Below the pieces are notes generated by a model that made no database searches, was not told where the DNA came from, and was given only the letters and a program-made list of their open reading frames with translations. DNA of 64,000 nt from Octopus bimaculoides. Taxonomy: Eukaryota. Made by a program: the position numbers and the translations under genes. The DNA lies in NCBI RefSeq assembly GCF_001194135.2, contig NC_068981.1:89770992-89834991 (forward strand), given 5' to 3'. Position 1 is the stretch's first letter, and each line of letters starts with the position of its first letter. Below, piece by piece: positions 1-12,939 of the stretch.

Positions 1-211
1 ATTAGAAATGGAAACAAAATAAGATTATAAAATTTAATAATTAAATAATTTAATTATTAATGATAAATTCAATTCAATTTTATTATTTCTATACAAACAA
101 ATGACAAATCTAGATAAATAACCACTAAGTTCTTTTGGATATTTAATATCCCTTAGGTGGCTCTTTAACACCTAACTGAATTATCGTGTGTGTGTGTGTG
201 TCTGTGTGTGT

Positions 212-254
<43 letters not shown>

Positions 255-255
<1 letters not shown>

Positions 256-690
256 AACTGAAGCGAATAGACTATCAGATGACACCGCTGGTCACATTGT
301 TGTAGCTTTCGAATGATGCCACTCCACTGGCCAAAAAGAAGGGTCAATATCCCCCTTGTGTGGGACGCCAGTCCATTGCAGAGTTACACATTTAAAGCTG
401 AGTTAATAGGAGCAACGTGAAATGAACACACCGTTCGGTCTGACAATAGAAACCGCCACCATATGTTCGTGAGAGCACCACCATATTCACAAGGCTACGC
501 GTCTTCACCTGCGCACACCCACATAACACACACAGATACACACACACAAACACATATACATACACGACGGACTTCCACAAGCTATCCATCAACCGACTCC
601 ATTCACAAGGCATTGATCGGGACGGGTCTATCGTAGAAGTAGATACTTGCCAAAAGTACTGCGTAGTGGAACTGAGGATTCAATGTTATC
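255..690 (-). mobile_element. Two abutting decayed SINE fragments (SINE-D body, then 5' half of SINE-B)
   Basis: 'gggacgccagtccattgcagagttacac...ggagcaacgtgaaatga' is the reverse complement of the SINE body seen at 54340-54470 and 55945-56050; 520-690 is the reverse complement of the SINE-B head seen at 36156. Confidence 0.6.
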
Positions 691-1071
691 TCGTTCTACA
701 TAAATATTATTGCTTTGGGTGAAATATTATTGCCTTGGCTAGAAATTATTATAACTTCTAGCTAGCATAAAAGCCTATGAATTATGTACAAATTACTTAG
801 TGAGAAGCAGGAGATAATGGAAAAGTATTTTCTAAAATTTATTTCAGATAAACCGTTATTAAAATTCAAACGGAGGCACCGCAACTCGAATGTGCACATG
901 CTTTGCCGCGATTTGCCGCTAAACTGTAGCGGTCATAGAAGAATTATAATGACACTGCGAAGACCACTGATGTTAAAAAAAAACCTGCAATGTTTGGAAT
1001 GACAATGGGGTAGTCTAAAGGGACATGTCGTAAAACATCAACAAAAGTTACAAGTCCAGTAAATTTAACTG

Positions 1072-1078
<7 letters not shown>

Positions 1079-1120
<42 letters not shown>

Positions 1121-1130
1121 NNNNNNNNNN

Positions 1131-1172
<42 letters not shown>
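1079..1172. repeat. (GA)n microsatellite with a 10-N gap
   Basis: Seen directly. Confidence 0.95.
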
Positions 1173-1176
<4 letters not shown>

Positions 1177-1758
1177 GTATGAGAGTAATATGAGTGAGAG
1201 AGAAAGAGTAAAAAGGATGTGTACCTCAGTACATGTATGTGTGTCCAAGAAGTAAGATATCGAAAAGAGTAGAAAGATGATGGAATAACAGAAATAAATG
1301 AAATATGAGACGAGTACATTATCTCAATGGGCTACAACAGAAAAGGAGAAAAATTTAGTAGCAATAACAAGAAAGGAGAAAAGATAATTACGCAAAAAGT
1401 AAAAGAAAAAAAGGGGAAAATAAAAGCATATCTAGAAATAAAGAAAATAGGCATCAAAATAGCAAGAAAGATAGATAAATAGATAAGAATGAAAGAAAAG
1501 ACAAAAAAGAATGAAAGTAAGAGAAGGGAAAAAAACTGAAAAATGAAAAACAAGGAATTCTAGGTAATTGGAAAAGAGAATTGTTGACTAGCCTTTCAAT
1601 ATTAAATTTTTACTCTTCGTTTTTTTATGCAGAAATTATTTTTGTCGCCGATTTTGACAGATATTTTACCAATTTCCATCAATTTTCGTCGTGTAATGAC
1701 GTCAATTTTTTTTATTATCGATTGTCAACTGCACATTTCAGAATTCTTAAGAGTCTAA

Positions 1759-2013
<255 letters not shown>

Positions 2014-2504
2014 GATATCATTCACTTTAAAAAATTGCAATATCTGTTTAGAAATTAACGTTTTCAAATAATTAGTCAATTTAAACGAGTTACCGAGAGT
2101 AAAGTTCCCAGTAGGCTGGGTTCGGAACCCACTTTTATTGTAATTTTAGACTATTTTATTTTATTTTTTATAGCTTTAGCACTTGCGAAAATATGTCACA
2201 AACTTCCGCATTTAGTTTTTCTTCTTCCTTTAAAACGCACAATCTTTATGGCTATTAATTCGAACCTGCTCCATTAGTTGGAAGGGTAATTTGCTCATAA
2301 CACACCATATAAAGAAGAATTATTCAGTGGAGTGTTACGGGGTGGGGAATTATATTGCAATTAATGTGTTCTTAATCTGGATGTTGTAGAAATAAATCAG
2401 CTGTTCAACAACTGAACTTTATCATTCATAATTCGTCAATTTTTCATTTCAGCTTTCAGGGAATGATGAAATAACGACCAGCCGTTGGTGTTGTTACTAT
2501 TGAG

Positions 2505-2675
2505 CTCAGAGCGCTGGCTAGGCAGAATAGGCAGAGCGATGAACAAAAGAAAAAATGCCTTATTCAGTAACATCACTCCACGTTCAGAGTTTTAATGTTG
2601 CAAGCGAGGCGTTTGTCATTTCACCTTTCTGGGATCCATGACATAAATTCCATTCAAGTACTTGGGTCGATTAAA
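2505..2675 (+). mobile_element. SINE-A, decayed copy
   Basis: 'gctggc..gaat..gcagagc...acgttcagagtt...tttgtcatttcaccttt...gggtcgatt' matches the SINE-A copies at 48440 and 36859. Confidence 0.6.
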
Positions 2676-3019
2676 ACGACATCATTTATTCTAAATATAT
2701 GGTCAAGCGAACGTCAGAAAACATTGTAATTTAGTATCTCCGAATCTCTGAATGGACTTATTTCATAGAACTTATAGTGACAATCTAGCTACTCGGAAAA
2801 TAGTTTGATATTCTACTAGAGATAATTTTCCTGTTTAATTTTGTGCTCCCTGTTGTAAGTTTTAGGAATCAAACAGTTGATCTTCAATTTAAAAACGAAT
2901 CTCAAAAATTCATATTTTGCAAATGAACTACCACAGCGCTGGATTAAATCTGGGGTTATCCACTTAACTTTCAAATGGTAAAGAATAGATGTCTTTTTCC
3001 TATTATTTACTCATCCTAA

Positions 3020-3212
3020 GGCGACGAGCGGATTGAATCGTTAACCCATTGGATAAAATGCTTAGCAAAATTTATTTGCAGTTCATTATGTTTTCAGTTC
3101 AAATTTTGTGAGGTCGACTTTGCCTTTCGTCTTTTCAAGGTCGATATAAGAAATACCAGCAGAGGTAATCGACTAACACTCTCCTTCTAAAATTGTTGGC
3201 TTTCTGCCAAAA
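3020..3212 (+). mobile_element. SINE-A (tRNA-like head, 'gtcgactttgcctttc' central domain)
   Basis: 'ggcgacgagc...aaatgcttagc...gttcaaattt...ggtcgactttgcctttcgtcttttcaaggtcgat' is repeated about 10 times in the window. Confidence 0.8.
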
Positions 3213-3877
3213 TTTCATCATTTAAATAAATATTTACTAAGCCAGGGAAGACTCGTGCTGGAACCTTTTGTAAGATTAAACTAATGAAATTAATGTGCTT
3301 TATGTTCAGCTTAATATCAACCAATGCTTATGGGGGAAACATGATAGTGTGGCGTTCGTAGGTGAGACAGTAGTTGGCGTAAGAAAGACAGAGCACTAGT
3401 GATCCACAGCCTTCCAATAAGTACGTTACTGTAAATGTGAACTACACAATGAATGCACTCCAGTTGTACATGCATTGCAGTACTGTTAACAGACTCACAT
3501 CTTAGTCACAAAAATACCTAATTAGTATTGTAATCAATGAAAGTGAAGTTGCCATCAATCAGAAATCAAAACCAACTCTTTGACTTAGTTCTCTAAATGC
3601 GTAATTCTTCCTTGTGATAAGACTGGTTAAATGATTTCAAGAAGGAAAATCTGTATCATTATATGTTACAATATACAAACATGAAAACCTTAATGACTCA
3701 TGTGATTTGTGATGTCGGGAATTGAAACAGGGGTGAAGTAATTTTTTTTAGCAACTATTTCTAATCTCAGTATGATTCAGTAAACGAGACAATCATAAGA
3801 ACAGCATCTGGATAATTTCGTCCTTAATGAGTTATGCTGTTACTATTGGTGCCACTTCCTCGGTTAACCCTGGTTAA

Positions 3878-4378
3878 ATGTATTCCAGTCGTGTCTATTC
3901 CTTCTTTTTCTCTTCAGTGTATTTGAGATTGCTTTATCTGGTATCTGACTTTTATAAAGCAGCAAGGTGTGATTTGAAGATATGGTTGCAGTTTCTAGCT
4001 GATGGTTCATTGAATCTTTCTTTAGACTTTGGATCCTTTCGTGCTATAAATGAATTTATCAGCACTGAAACTACAATATACAGTTTTATAGATGAACCAT
4101 ACGAGGAAAGCTTGTATCTATGAATATTCCGAAGGGCCCCTGCAACTGATGGAAGCAAAGGGAACAAGGTCTATTGGTTATCTTTACACTGGAGTTTTGG
4201 CTCAAATGCTTACGAACATGGTTATGTTATATCGAGTAAAGGTCAAGAGGAAATGCAGTCTATCAAGGGGACTTCCATACATTTTCGCTCTGACCGTTTT
4301 CTCACAGACGCATTGAGGGGAACAGAGGCTATGGTAGAAGATATATTTGAGATGTCATGCAATGAAATCGAACACTGA
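3878..4378 (+). pseudogene. Near-open reading frame of about 165 codons with one internal TGA; origin unknown
   Basis: ORF 3878-4123 continues in frame after TGA (4121-4123) for 84 more codons (IFRRAPATDGSKGNKVYW...EIEH*). A strong acceptor (ttctttttctcttcag) ends at 3918. No family recognised. Confidence 0.2.
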
Positions 4379-5318
4379 ACTTGTTACTGTGAAACACATT
4401 TCTCAATCATATAGCCATGTCGTCGTATAAAGCAAAGAGGAAAAGAAACACGCATTGGAAACGTCTGTATGTAAGAGAGAGTTTGTCTCTCTTATTTTGT
4501 GTGCATGTATGTAAGTATGCTCTCTCTCGCTCCTCCTTCTCTCTCACTCTCTCTCCTCTCTCTCGCCCAGTGTGTGTGAGAGAGAGGTTAACATTTGGAA
4601 AACACAGAAACAGATAAAACAGAGAAAAACGTGAGTAGTGACATAAGCAAAAGCCAAATGATGTTTTTTAAAGACCCAAAGTTATTGTAGAGTATAGAGA
4701 CAGTAGACTGAACCATAATCACAACCTAGTATATTACTGGTACATATTTCTTTAATCCACGCAGATATTGATAAAAGACAGCGTGGGCAGCAGCTAGATT
4801 TGAACTACGCAATGAAATGGTGAAGCATAATGGATGAGATAATGAAAGAATAGGAAAGGATGTAGACGGATTTTATTTTATCGTTACTGTTATTTTTTAA
4901 TTCAGAATGAGGGAATGTAATAAAAAGTAAAAAAAAAGGATGGGTACTACCTTTAACCTTTGCAGGTTCTCGTAGACAAGTGAAATCAACGCTTTTGAGA
5001 CACTATTTGAAAATATATAGATCGCTGTCTATATGAAAAACATAGGCAGTTTAATAAGAAATCCAGTGGTAATCCGGATTAAGTGTGCTGCATCAGCTTG
5101 GTAAGATGATATCCAAGTACTTAATTAATAAAATGGTAGGACACAACAAGCAACGAAAGGGAAACAATAAAACGAGACAAAAACAAAACCATAAAAAGGT
5201 AATGCTAGATTATAGCAGTTTTTAGAATGAAGGACTTGGTTGGTATTTGGGAAATTAAATGTTTCAAAGAACGAAAGAAAGAAGGAATAGAGAGACAGAG
5301 TGAATAAGTGATTGAAGA

Positions 5319-5425
5319 ATAGAAGAAAAAGAGGATAGAAGAAAAAGAGGATAGAAGAAAAAGAGGATAGAAGAAAAAGAGGATAGAAGAAAAAGAGGAT
5401 AGAAGAAAAAGAGGATAGAAGAAAA
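5319..5425. repeat. Minisatellite, 16-bp unit (atagaagaaaaagagg), about 6 copies
   Basis: Seen directly; explains the 16-aa periodicity of ORF 5205-5708. Confidence 0.9.
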
Positions 5426-5727
5426 TTAGCACCAAGGAGAGAACAAGTCTAAGAGAGATAAACATAGCAAACGAGTGAGATAGTGAGAAGTGTAAAGGGG
5501 GAACAGAAGGAGGGAAAGAGAATTGGGAAGAAATACAGGGGAAAAGGGCAAGACTAAAACAAAGTGTGTAAATAACGAAAAACAAAGAAAATATCAGAAA
5601 AAAAAAACAGTTATATGTGTATGCATATATGTGTTCGTGTGTAAGTGTGTGTGTGTGCGTGCGAGTATATTTGTATATGTGTGTGTGTATGTACGTATAC
5701 ACAGACACACAAATCTATGTGTGTGTG

Positions 5728-5762
<35 letters not shown>

Positions 5763-5905
5763 CAGAGTTAGGTGAATATATATATTGTGAGGGAATATAA
5801 AAGGAGATAAACGACAAAGAGAAAGATTTTTAAAAATGATATCTGAAAAGAGAGCTGTCTAAGGAAATGAAAATATAAGATTGCGTGTGTGTGTGTGTGT
5901 GTGTA

Positions 5906-5951
<46 letters not shown>

Positions 5952-6738
5952 GAGGTGAACGAATGACTGGAATTAATGAGTGATTTTGTGAGCGGCTCTG
6001 TGAATGAGTGAGTGAATCAGTAATTTTTTATTAAAAAAAAAAGTAGGTAAAATAAGAAGATGAATCAGTAAGAGAGTGAATGAGTTTGTGAGTGAGTGAG
6101 TGAAAGAATAATGTTGAGTTGGTTGCTAAATGAAAGTGTGAATTAATGGGTAAACCAGTAAGTCACAAAGAGAACGAAAACGTGTGCGAGCAAACATTTG
6201 AGAGAAGGACACTGTATAACACATTGGGTGTTATGCTGTATTCACATTAATTCATGGAAGAATCGGCGTTAGTGTGGCAGTTTGAGACTCTGACATAGAC
6301 GCTGCAGTAGCAGCCTTTCAATATATTGACTTTGGTGTGAGAAGCTGCACTCTGAAATGCAGCTAGGAGGAGTTAAGAAACTGTTAGTACAGATGGCACA
6401 GACATGAGCGAATATGTGACGCGTAATTACTAATTGATACAAAAGAAAGAAAAAAAATCAAGAAGCTAGAACAGATATTCGAGTTGAGGTAAAGAAGCCT
6501 AGACTGTCAAGTGCAGACTGACCGTATATATGTGGTACGCAACCTCACATTTCTGATTCTATGTCTCAACAGAAATATCGGTCAAAATATGTGGTGATAG
6601 TAAGAGTAGTAATATATATATATATTAGGTTCTATTCAGACGATTGTGGAGCTCTTCCACCAGCAATAGCATTTGTTTGACCCAAGAGAAATGAATGCAA
6701 TAAATGATCGACCTATATATTTGTCCTACTACCCGCCC

Positions 6739-6739
<1 letters not shown>

Positions 6740-6770
<31 letters not shown>

Positions 6771-6775
6771 ATCTT

Positions 6776-6821
<46 letters not shown>

Positions 6822-6931
6822 AATCAATCTATTTATCTATCTATCTAACAATATATCTATCTAACTGTCAGTCTGTCTGTCTGTCTATCTATCTATTTAT
6901 CTATCTATCATCAATCTGTGTGTGTGTGTGC

Positions 6932-6968
<37 letters not shown>
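6740..6968. repeat. Compound (CTAT)n/(CTGT)n/(TG)n/(TA)n microsatellite
   Basis: Seen directly. Confidence 0.95.
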
Positions 6969-6971
<3 letters not shown>

Positions 6972-7018
6972 TTTGTAGAAAACATAAATGCGAAGTACAC
7001 TCTAAGATGTAGAGCAGT

Positions 7019-7295
7019 ATATATTAAAAGTGGGGAAGGCCAGTTTATGGGATTGCTCTGGGTTTCCCATCCATAGAAGGTTTAGCTTTATGGCGTATCG
7101 TCAGACCCCAAAACCTGTTGGCCTAAGACGTCTTTAAAATATGGAGTGGGGGAAGCCTCGCTACAAAGGTAAACAATATGGTAGGCCTTAGCCCAAAATG
7201 TTTTGGGGTCTAACCATACACCATAAAGTTAAACACTTTAAGGACGGGAAACTCAGGGTAATCCCATAAACCGGTCTTCTCCACTTTTAATATAT
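7019..7295. mobile_element. Fold-back / MITE-like element, about 110-bp imperfect inverted arms, TA-rich ends
   Basis: Left 'atatattaaaagtggggaaggccagtttatgggattgctctgggtttccc...' vs reverse complement of right 'atatattaaaagtggagaagaccggtttatgggattaccctgagtttccc...'. Confidence 0.85.
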
Positions 7296-7309
7296 GTGTG
7301 TGTGTGTAT

Positions 7310-7808
7310 AAAAAATATATATACAATATTAGATACCTACATATATATATACACAGGGGTACTACATGAGTATCTATATCGCTAAAAATAGAAGTAAAAA
7401 AATACTTCAGTACCACCGAATAGTCACAAATCTATTACAGACATGATAGGAAATAAATTTCGTTTGTTCCTATAGTGCTTGGTCACTTCAAACGAACTTT
7501 TGAGGCATTGGGGGAGAATGTTAGTGGTAATTTAGCTGGCAGACTTTGGCTGATGAGAAATCGGGCACCTATTTGGCACTAAATTTCGAAACCAGTACCA
7601 GGTTGACCAGCATTTACTTGTTCTGACCCAGTAGAGGTAAGACATTATTATTGTTCACTGATATTTTTTCCTATCATGTCTGTAATAGATTTGTGACTAT
7701 TCGGTGGCATAGAAGTATTTTTTTACTTCTATTTTTTAGCGATATAGGTACTCATGTAGTACCCTTGTGTATATATGTACATATCTAATATTGTATGTAG
7801 ATATTTTA
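7310..7808. mobile_element. Fold-back / MITE-like element, about 145-bp inverted arms, about 200-bp spacer
   Basis: 7321-7458 ('atacaatattagata...gggtactacatgagta...ccaccgaatagtcacaaatctattacagacatgataggaaa') recurs inverted at 7661-7800. Confidence 0.85.
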
Positions 7809-8236
7809 TTAAGTTGCCTGTATGGCTGATAATTCGCTTACCACTCGTGATGGTATTTTAATATCATCCCTATATATATATATATATNNNNNNNNNNNNN
7901 NNNNNNNNNNNNNNNNNNNNNNNNNNNNNNNNNNNNNNNNNNNNNNNNNNNNNNNNNNNNNNNNNNNNNNNNNNNNNNNNNNNNNNNNNNNNNNNNNNNN
8001 NNNNNNNNNNNNNNNNNNNNNNNNNNNNNNNNNNNNNNNNNNNNNNNNNNNNNNNNNNNNNNNNNNNNNNNNNNNNNNNNNNNNNNNNNNNNNNNNNNNN
8101 NNNNNNNNNNNNNNNNNNNNNNNNNNNNNNNNNNNNNNNNNNNNNNNNNNNNNNNNNNNNNNNNNNNNNNNNNNNNNNNNNNNNNNNNNNNNNNNNNNNN
8201 NNATTAACATCAATTTAATACCAGGTAACAAGCACG

Positions 8237-8478
8237 TTAAAAGAATCCGGGAGATTCAGAAAAAATATCTGAGATCTCAAAGGATTATTGTATATGTATA
8301 TATAAAAATATATAAAGATATATATATAGGTGGACGGCTAATGTGATCTTCTTCTAGCACATTAGCAGTCCACCTAGTGGCCTCCTTTATATATATTTTT
8401 ATATATTTATATATATACATATACAATAATCCTTTGAGATCTCAGATATTTTTTTCTGAATCTTCCGGATTCTTTTAA
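8237..8478. mobile_element. Fold-back element, about 90-bp outer arms plus an 18-bp inner stem, TTAA at both ends
   Basis: 'ttaaaagaatccgggagattcagaaaaaatatctgagatctcaaaggattattgtatatg' is inverted at 8415-8478; inner stem aggtggacggctaatgtg / cacattagcagtccacct. Confidence 0.85.
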
Positions 8479-8496
8479 TATATATATATACAAAGA

Positions 8497-8554
<58 letters not shown>

Positions 8555-8562
8555 TAAGCAGG

Positions 8563-8612
<50 letters not shown>

Positions 8613-8714
8613 TACACATATAGTTACAGGCACACACATACGTGCGCACACACAGACGAAACCACATACGAATATTTATACACATTTATCAAATGAGAGA
8701 TTAACAGTTTTAAT

Positions 8715-9351
8715 GTTCTAGCTCACTTCTGATGTTTACAGCTGTGCCTAGAAGGAAGGTGTGTAGTGTGTGACCGTCGCATTAACCATGGGAGAGAAAG
8801 TTGTCATGGTGATACCTGCTCAGAGGCCTATGCAGAGTTGCAGAAAGTGTATGGAAGGGAGTGTACGAGCCGCACACAATTCTACGAGTGGTTCAGACTT
8901 TTCCAAGATGGCCGAAAACATTCCGATGTTGACGAACGTTCTGGGAGACCCGCAACCAGCACAACTGAAGAAAACATCGAAGATGTGCATGCAGCTGTGA
9001 AGCGAAATCATTGATCCACCATCCATGAGTAATCAGAGGATGTTCAGATTAGTTACGGTTCAGTTCATTATCACTGAAGATTTGGGTATGAGACGCATGT
9101 CTGCCAAGTTTGTGCTAAAACTGCTTTCAGCGGACCAAAGGGACACATGGATTTCAGTTGCACAAAATCTCTTCGATTGCGTCGAAAACGATGAAAACTT
9201 TGCGTAGGCCTCTGAGCATGTATTACTAAACTTTCATCAAAATTTTAGGCAGATTCTCTGCTCAACTTTCTCTGTAATGATCAATGCGACGATCACACGC
9301 TACACAGTTTCCTTTCAAGCATTGCTGTAAACAGCGGAAGTGAGCTAGAAC
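8715..9351 (+). mobile_element. Decayed mariner (Tc1/mariner) transposase N-terminus with an inverted copy of its own 5' region
   Basis: Translation 'AYAELQKVYGRECTSRTQFYEWFRLFQDG...DERSGRPATS' and 'IITEDLGMRRMSAKFVLKLLS' are mariner HTH and linker motifs. 9196-9351 is the reverse complement of 8715-8839. Confidence 0.9.
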
Positions 9352-12300
9352 NNNNNNNNNNNNNNNNNNNNNNNNNNNNNNNNNNNNNNNNNNNNNNNNN
9401 NNNNNNNNNNNNNNNNNNNNNNNNNNNNNNNNNNNNNNNNNNNNNNNNNNNNNNNNNNNNNNNNNNNNNNNNNNNNNNNNNNNNNNNNNNNNNNNNNNNN
9501 NNNNNNNNNNNNNNNNNNNNNNNNNNNNNNNNNNNNNNNNNNNNNNNNNNNNNNNNNNNNNNNNNNNNNNNNNNNNNNNNNNNNNNNNNNNNNNNNNNNN
9601 NNNNNNNNNNNNNNNNNNNNNNNNNNNNNNNNNNNNNNNNNNNNNNNNNNNNNNNNNNNNNNNNNNNNNNNNNNNNNNNNNNNNNNNNNNNNNNNNNNNN
9701 NNNNNNNNNNNNNNNNNNNNNNNNNNNNNNNNNNNNNNNNNNNNNNNNNNNNNNNNNNNNNNNNNNNNNNNNNNNNNNNNNNNNNNNNNNNNNNNNNNNN
9801 NNNNNNNNNNNNNNNNNNNNNNNNNNNNNNNNNNNNNNNNNNNNNNNNNNNNNNNNNNNNNNNNNNNNNNNNNNNNNNNNNNNNNNNNNNNNNNNNNNNN
9901 NNNNNNNNNNNNNNNNNNNNNNNNNNNNNNNNNNNNNNNNNNNNNNNNNNNNNNNNNNNNNNNNNNNNNNNNNNNNNNNNNNNNNNNNNNNNNNNNNNNN
10001 NNNNNNNNNNNNNNNNNNNNNNNNNNNNNNNNNNNNNNNNNNNNNNNNNNNNNNNNNNNNNNNNNNNNNNNNNNNNNNNNNNNNNNNNNNNNNNNNNNNN
10101 NNNNNNNNNNNNNNNNNNNNNNNNNNNNNNNNNNNNNNNNNNNNNNNNNNNNNNNNNNNNNNNNNNNNNNNNNNNNNNNNNNNNNNNNNNNNNNNNNNNN
10201 NNNNNNNNNNNNNNNNNNNNNNNNNNNNNNNNNNNNNNNNNNNNNNNNNNNNNNNNNNNNNNNNNNNGTTATTTCTTTTCATAAAGTCTATGATTCATCG
10301 AGTAACAATTTGAATTCCCCTTAATGCATTCATTTAGGTCTTTTTGGGGTGAATCCTAAGACAGAAGATAACAAAGTGAACTGCTACTTATTTCTGATTC
10401 TCATTTGGTATTATAAGGACTTGCGCAGCTTTAGGGAGATGAAAAGGTAAATTTTTATACTGCTTTGAAATTTGTAAAACTTATTTTTTATTTAGTATCT
10501 AAATTGTATTTAGTATCTATATTCATGAGTAACGCTTGCCTGTGGTCATAGTAGGAGCAGTATCTATGAAATTGTTCGTAATTAGCCTTGTGTAAATTAT
10601 TATTTTCAGTTTATGCCCCCTTAATATTCTAAAAGAATATAAAAATATTAAAGAGGCATCGTCTGAAAATAATAATTTGCACAAACCTAACAAACCTGAG
10701 TTTGTTATCAATAATAGAGCTCTAGAAATTAAGCATTGAAACTTTTATGGGGTTAACTGACAAGAAACGTCTGTTAATTCCGATTTGGCATTTATCAGCG
10801 AAGCAAAATGATATAAGTTGTATTTATGGAAGAAAACTTTCGTCGTAATACAAAAACTATAATCAGTGAACAAAAGGAACATATTTAATAAAACAAATTA
10901 ATTACAGAGAAAACTGAGTTGAGTTACAGAAGTACACGTGCTGGTAGACCCCTTCATCGTAAATAATATTAACATGTAAGATATCACATATCCAGTTCAT
11001 TTAAAGATAATAGTACAATAGTCATCGATGAAGTGAATGATTGAAGCTCCATTAATGATAACAAACTTTATGCAAAATCAATAAAAAGCAAACTGAAAAC
11101 CATTCTGCGGTGAGCTAAAAACAAATTAATATTTGTCAACGACTTATATGATTGTAAATTTCCCGGCAAATTCGCTAGATAAGGACATGCTTCTGCTTTA
11201 TTTTGATGACAGCGGTGAGAAATAGTCTTAACCGTATATAGTGAATCTTTGCTCAAAGAATCACTAAATAAAGCATATGTATTACTTTGTGTAGAAAAGG
11301 AGAACATTACAAAAAGCAATAAAAATACTAACTGCATGAAAACCATGAGTGAAATTAGTGCTGACATAAGACCTGATTGATAATTATATAATAATATAGA
11401 AGATAGTTGTATCATCTGTATCAGTCTGGTATAAATAGCAATCACATAAATCATTCAGTAACATCCTACTATCTTAAAAAGCGTAAGATATTGGATTAAA
11501 TTTTCCTAAATTCACAGTCTGAAAAACGGACATTTGATCAGAGTTCTGCATCATCGCGAGTGACTTTGAACCAAACAGCATCAAAAATAATCACAACTAT
11601 TTTGAGGATGATTAGGTGTTTTTGGTTTTCTGCCATGTTTTACGGTGTTGATTTTGAGCGTCTATAAATTTATGTGATGCATAATGGTAAAGCTATTTTT
11701 ACGTTATTTAGAGCGGATATAAATGAAATTTAATTGTCGATATCTTAAGTTGTGATTTAAGCAGCCTTGTAAATATATATTTACTTCATTCATATTCGGT
11801 TGAGTTACGATGCTTAATCTCGTAACGTCTTATGTTTGTAAATGCAAACGAGGAAAAACATATCTAATACTGTTGGATAGAGTGAAATAAAATAATTTAT
11901 TCAAAGCTAAGACTGCGTAAACTTATTGAGATCCAGTGTTTTCCGTAGTTGAAACAGGTCACAACTAAGACACAACGATACTAAGTACATGGAAAGAGGA
12001 ACAGCCAGACAGGGTATGTGGGGAGAGATATGTGACAAAATAAAGAGAAACATATATAAAGCAAAACTTGAGCGACAGTACCGGCGAAGGAACAAGTAGA
12101 ATATATTAACGAACAAAATATTCTATTTTCGACGAAATTAAGAAAAAAGAAATACAATAACGGATGATAGAATAGTTACATGTATTAACAGGAAGAGGTT
12201 AAACGTTGACTCATAAAGTATGAGTGCAATATGATGGTTTAGGCCTGAAATGTGCGTTTGCAAATGTATAAGCAGTGGAAGTAAAAGCAAAAAAAAAACA

Positions 12301-12939
12301 AAAAAGAATGTGAGATTTATGTCAGAAACTAAATATGCTTGAATGTTTGTATGTATAGTTTAATTGAACTAACAAAGGATCAAAAATAAGCAAAATCCTA
12401 GTGAAGGAAGAAAAAGGATGCAGCATTATAGTTCTTGAAACGTAACCGCTTTGGTTTTTCTGTTTTTAGTTTAAATTTGCAGAGAAAGGAAGGTTTTTTT
12501 ATTTTAAAAAAATTAAAAGATTAAAAAAACTTTAAATAAGAATTAACAAACAAAATAAAAAGAAGTAAATGACTGCAAAATATTTAGATTATTGTGGATA
12601 TCTAGAACGTTGTAGGGATTGTAAAAGAATATATACATAGTTATTTTTCCTTTTTTTAATTAATTAACTAGTTGATCATTTAATTAACTAGTTGATTTAT
12701 TTGCCTCTTCACGTCTTAACCAAGAATTGTATTTTCTGTGATAATGTGTTTTGATCTGAGTTCGTGTGTTGAAACTAAAATGATTGCAGCTCGAAACTAC
12801 GATCTGATCACTGCATAAGATCCTGCATACGTTTGTCAGCGGCCAGGTCGTTGTTTCGAACGTCGAAAAGTTTGTCACCATATTAAAAACAAGAGATGTT
12901 TCTGTGAAGCTCATGGCTTTGAGAATTTCTGAATAGTTA

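Noticed and set aside
4121-4123. Selenocysteine readthrough of the in-frame TGA
   Set aside because: No SECIS element or selenoprotein motif recognised.
4967-5100. Strong acceptor/donor pair; also exon-like segments at 2866-2978 and 10338-10446
   Set aside because: Frames are closed or phases do not chain into a coherent protein; such sites are common by chance.
9293-10282. Long ORFs containing X runs (also 13054, 26321, 28585, 44679, 46531, 54785, 58630)
   Set aside because: They span assembly N gaps, so their length is an artefact.
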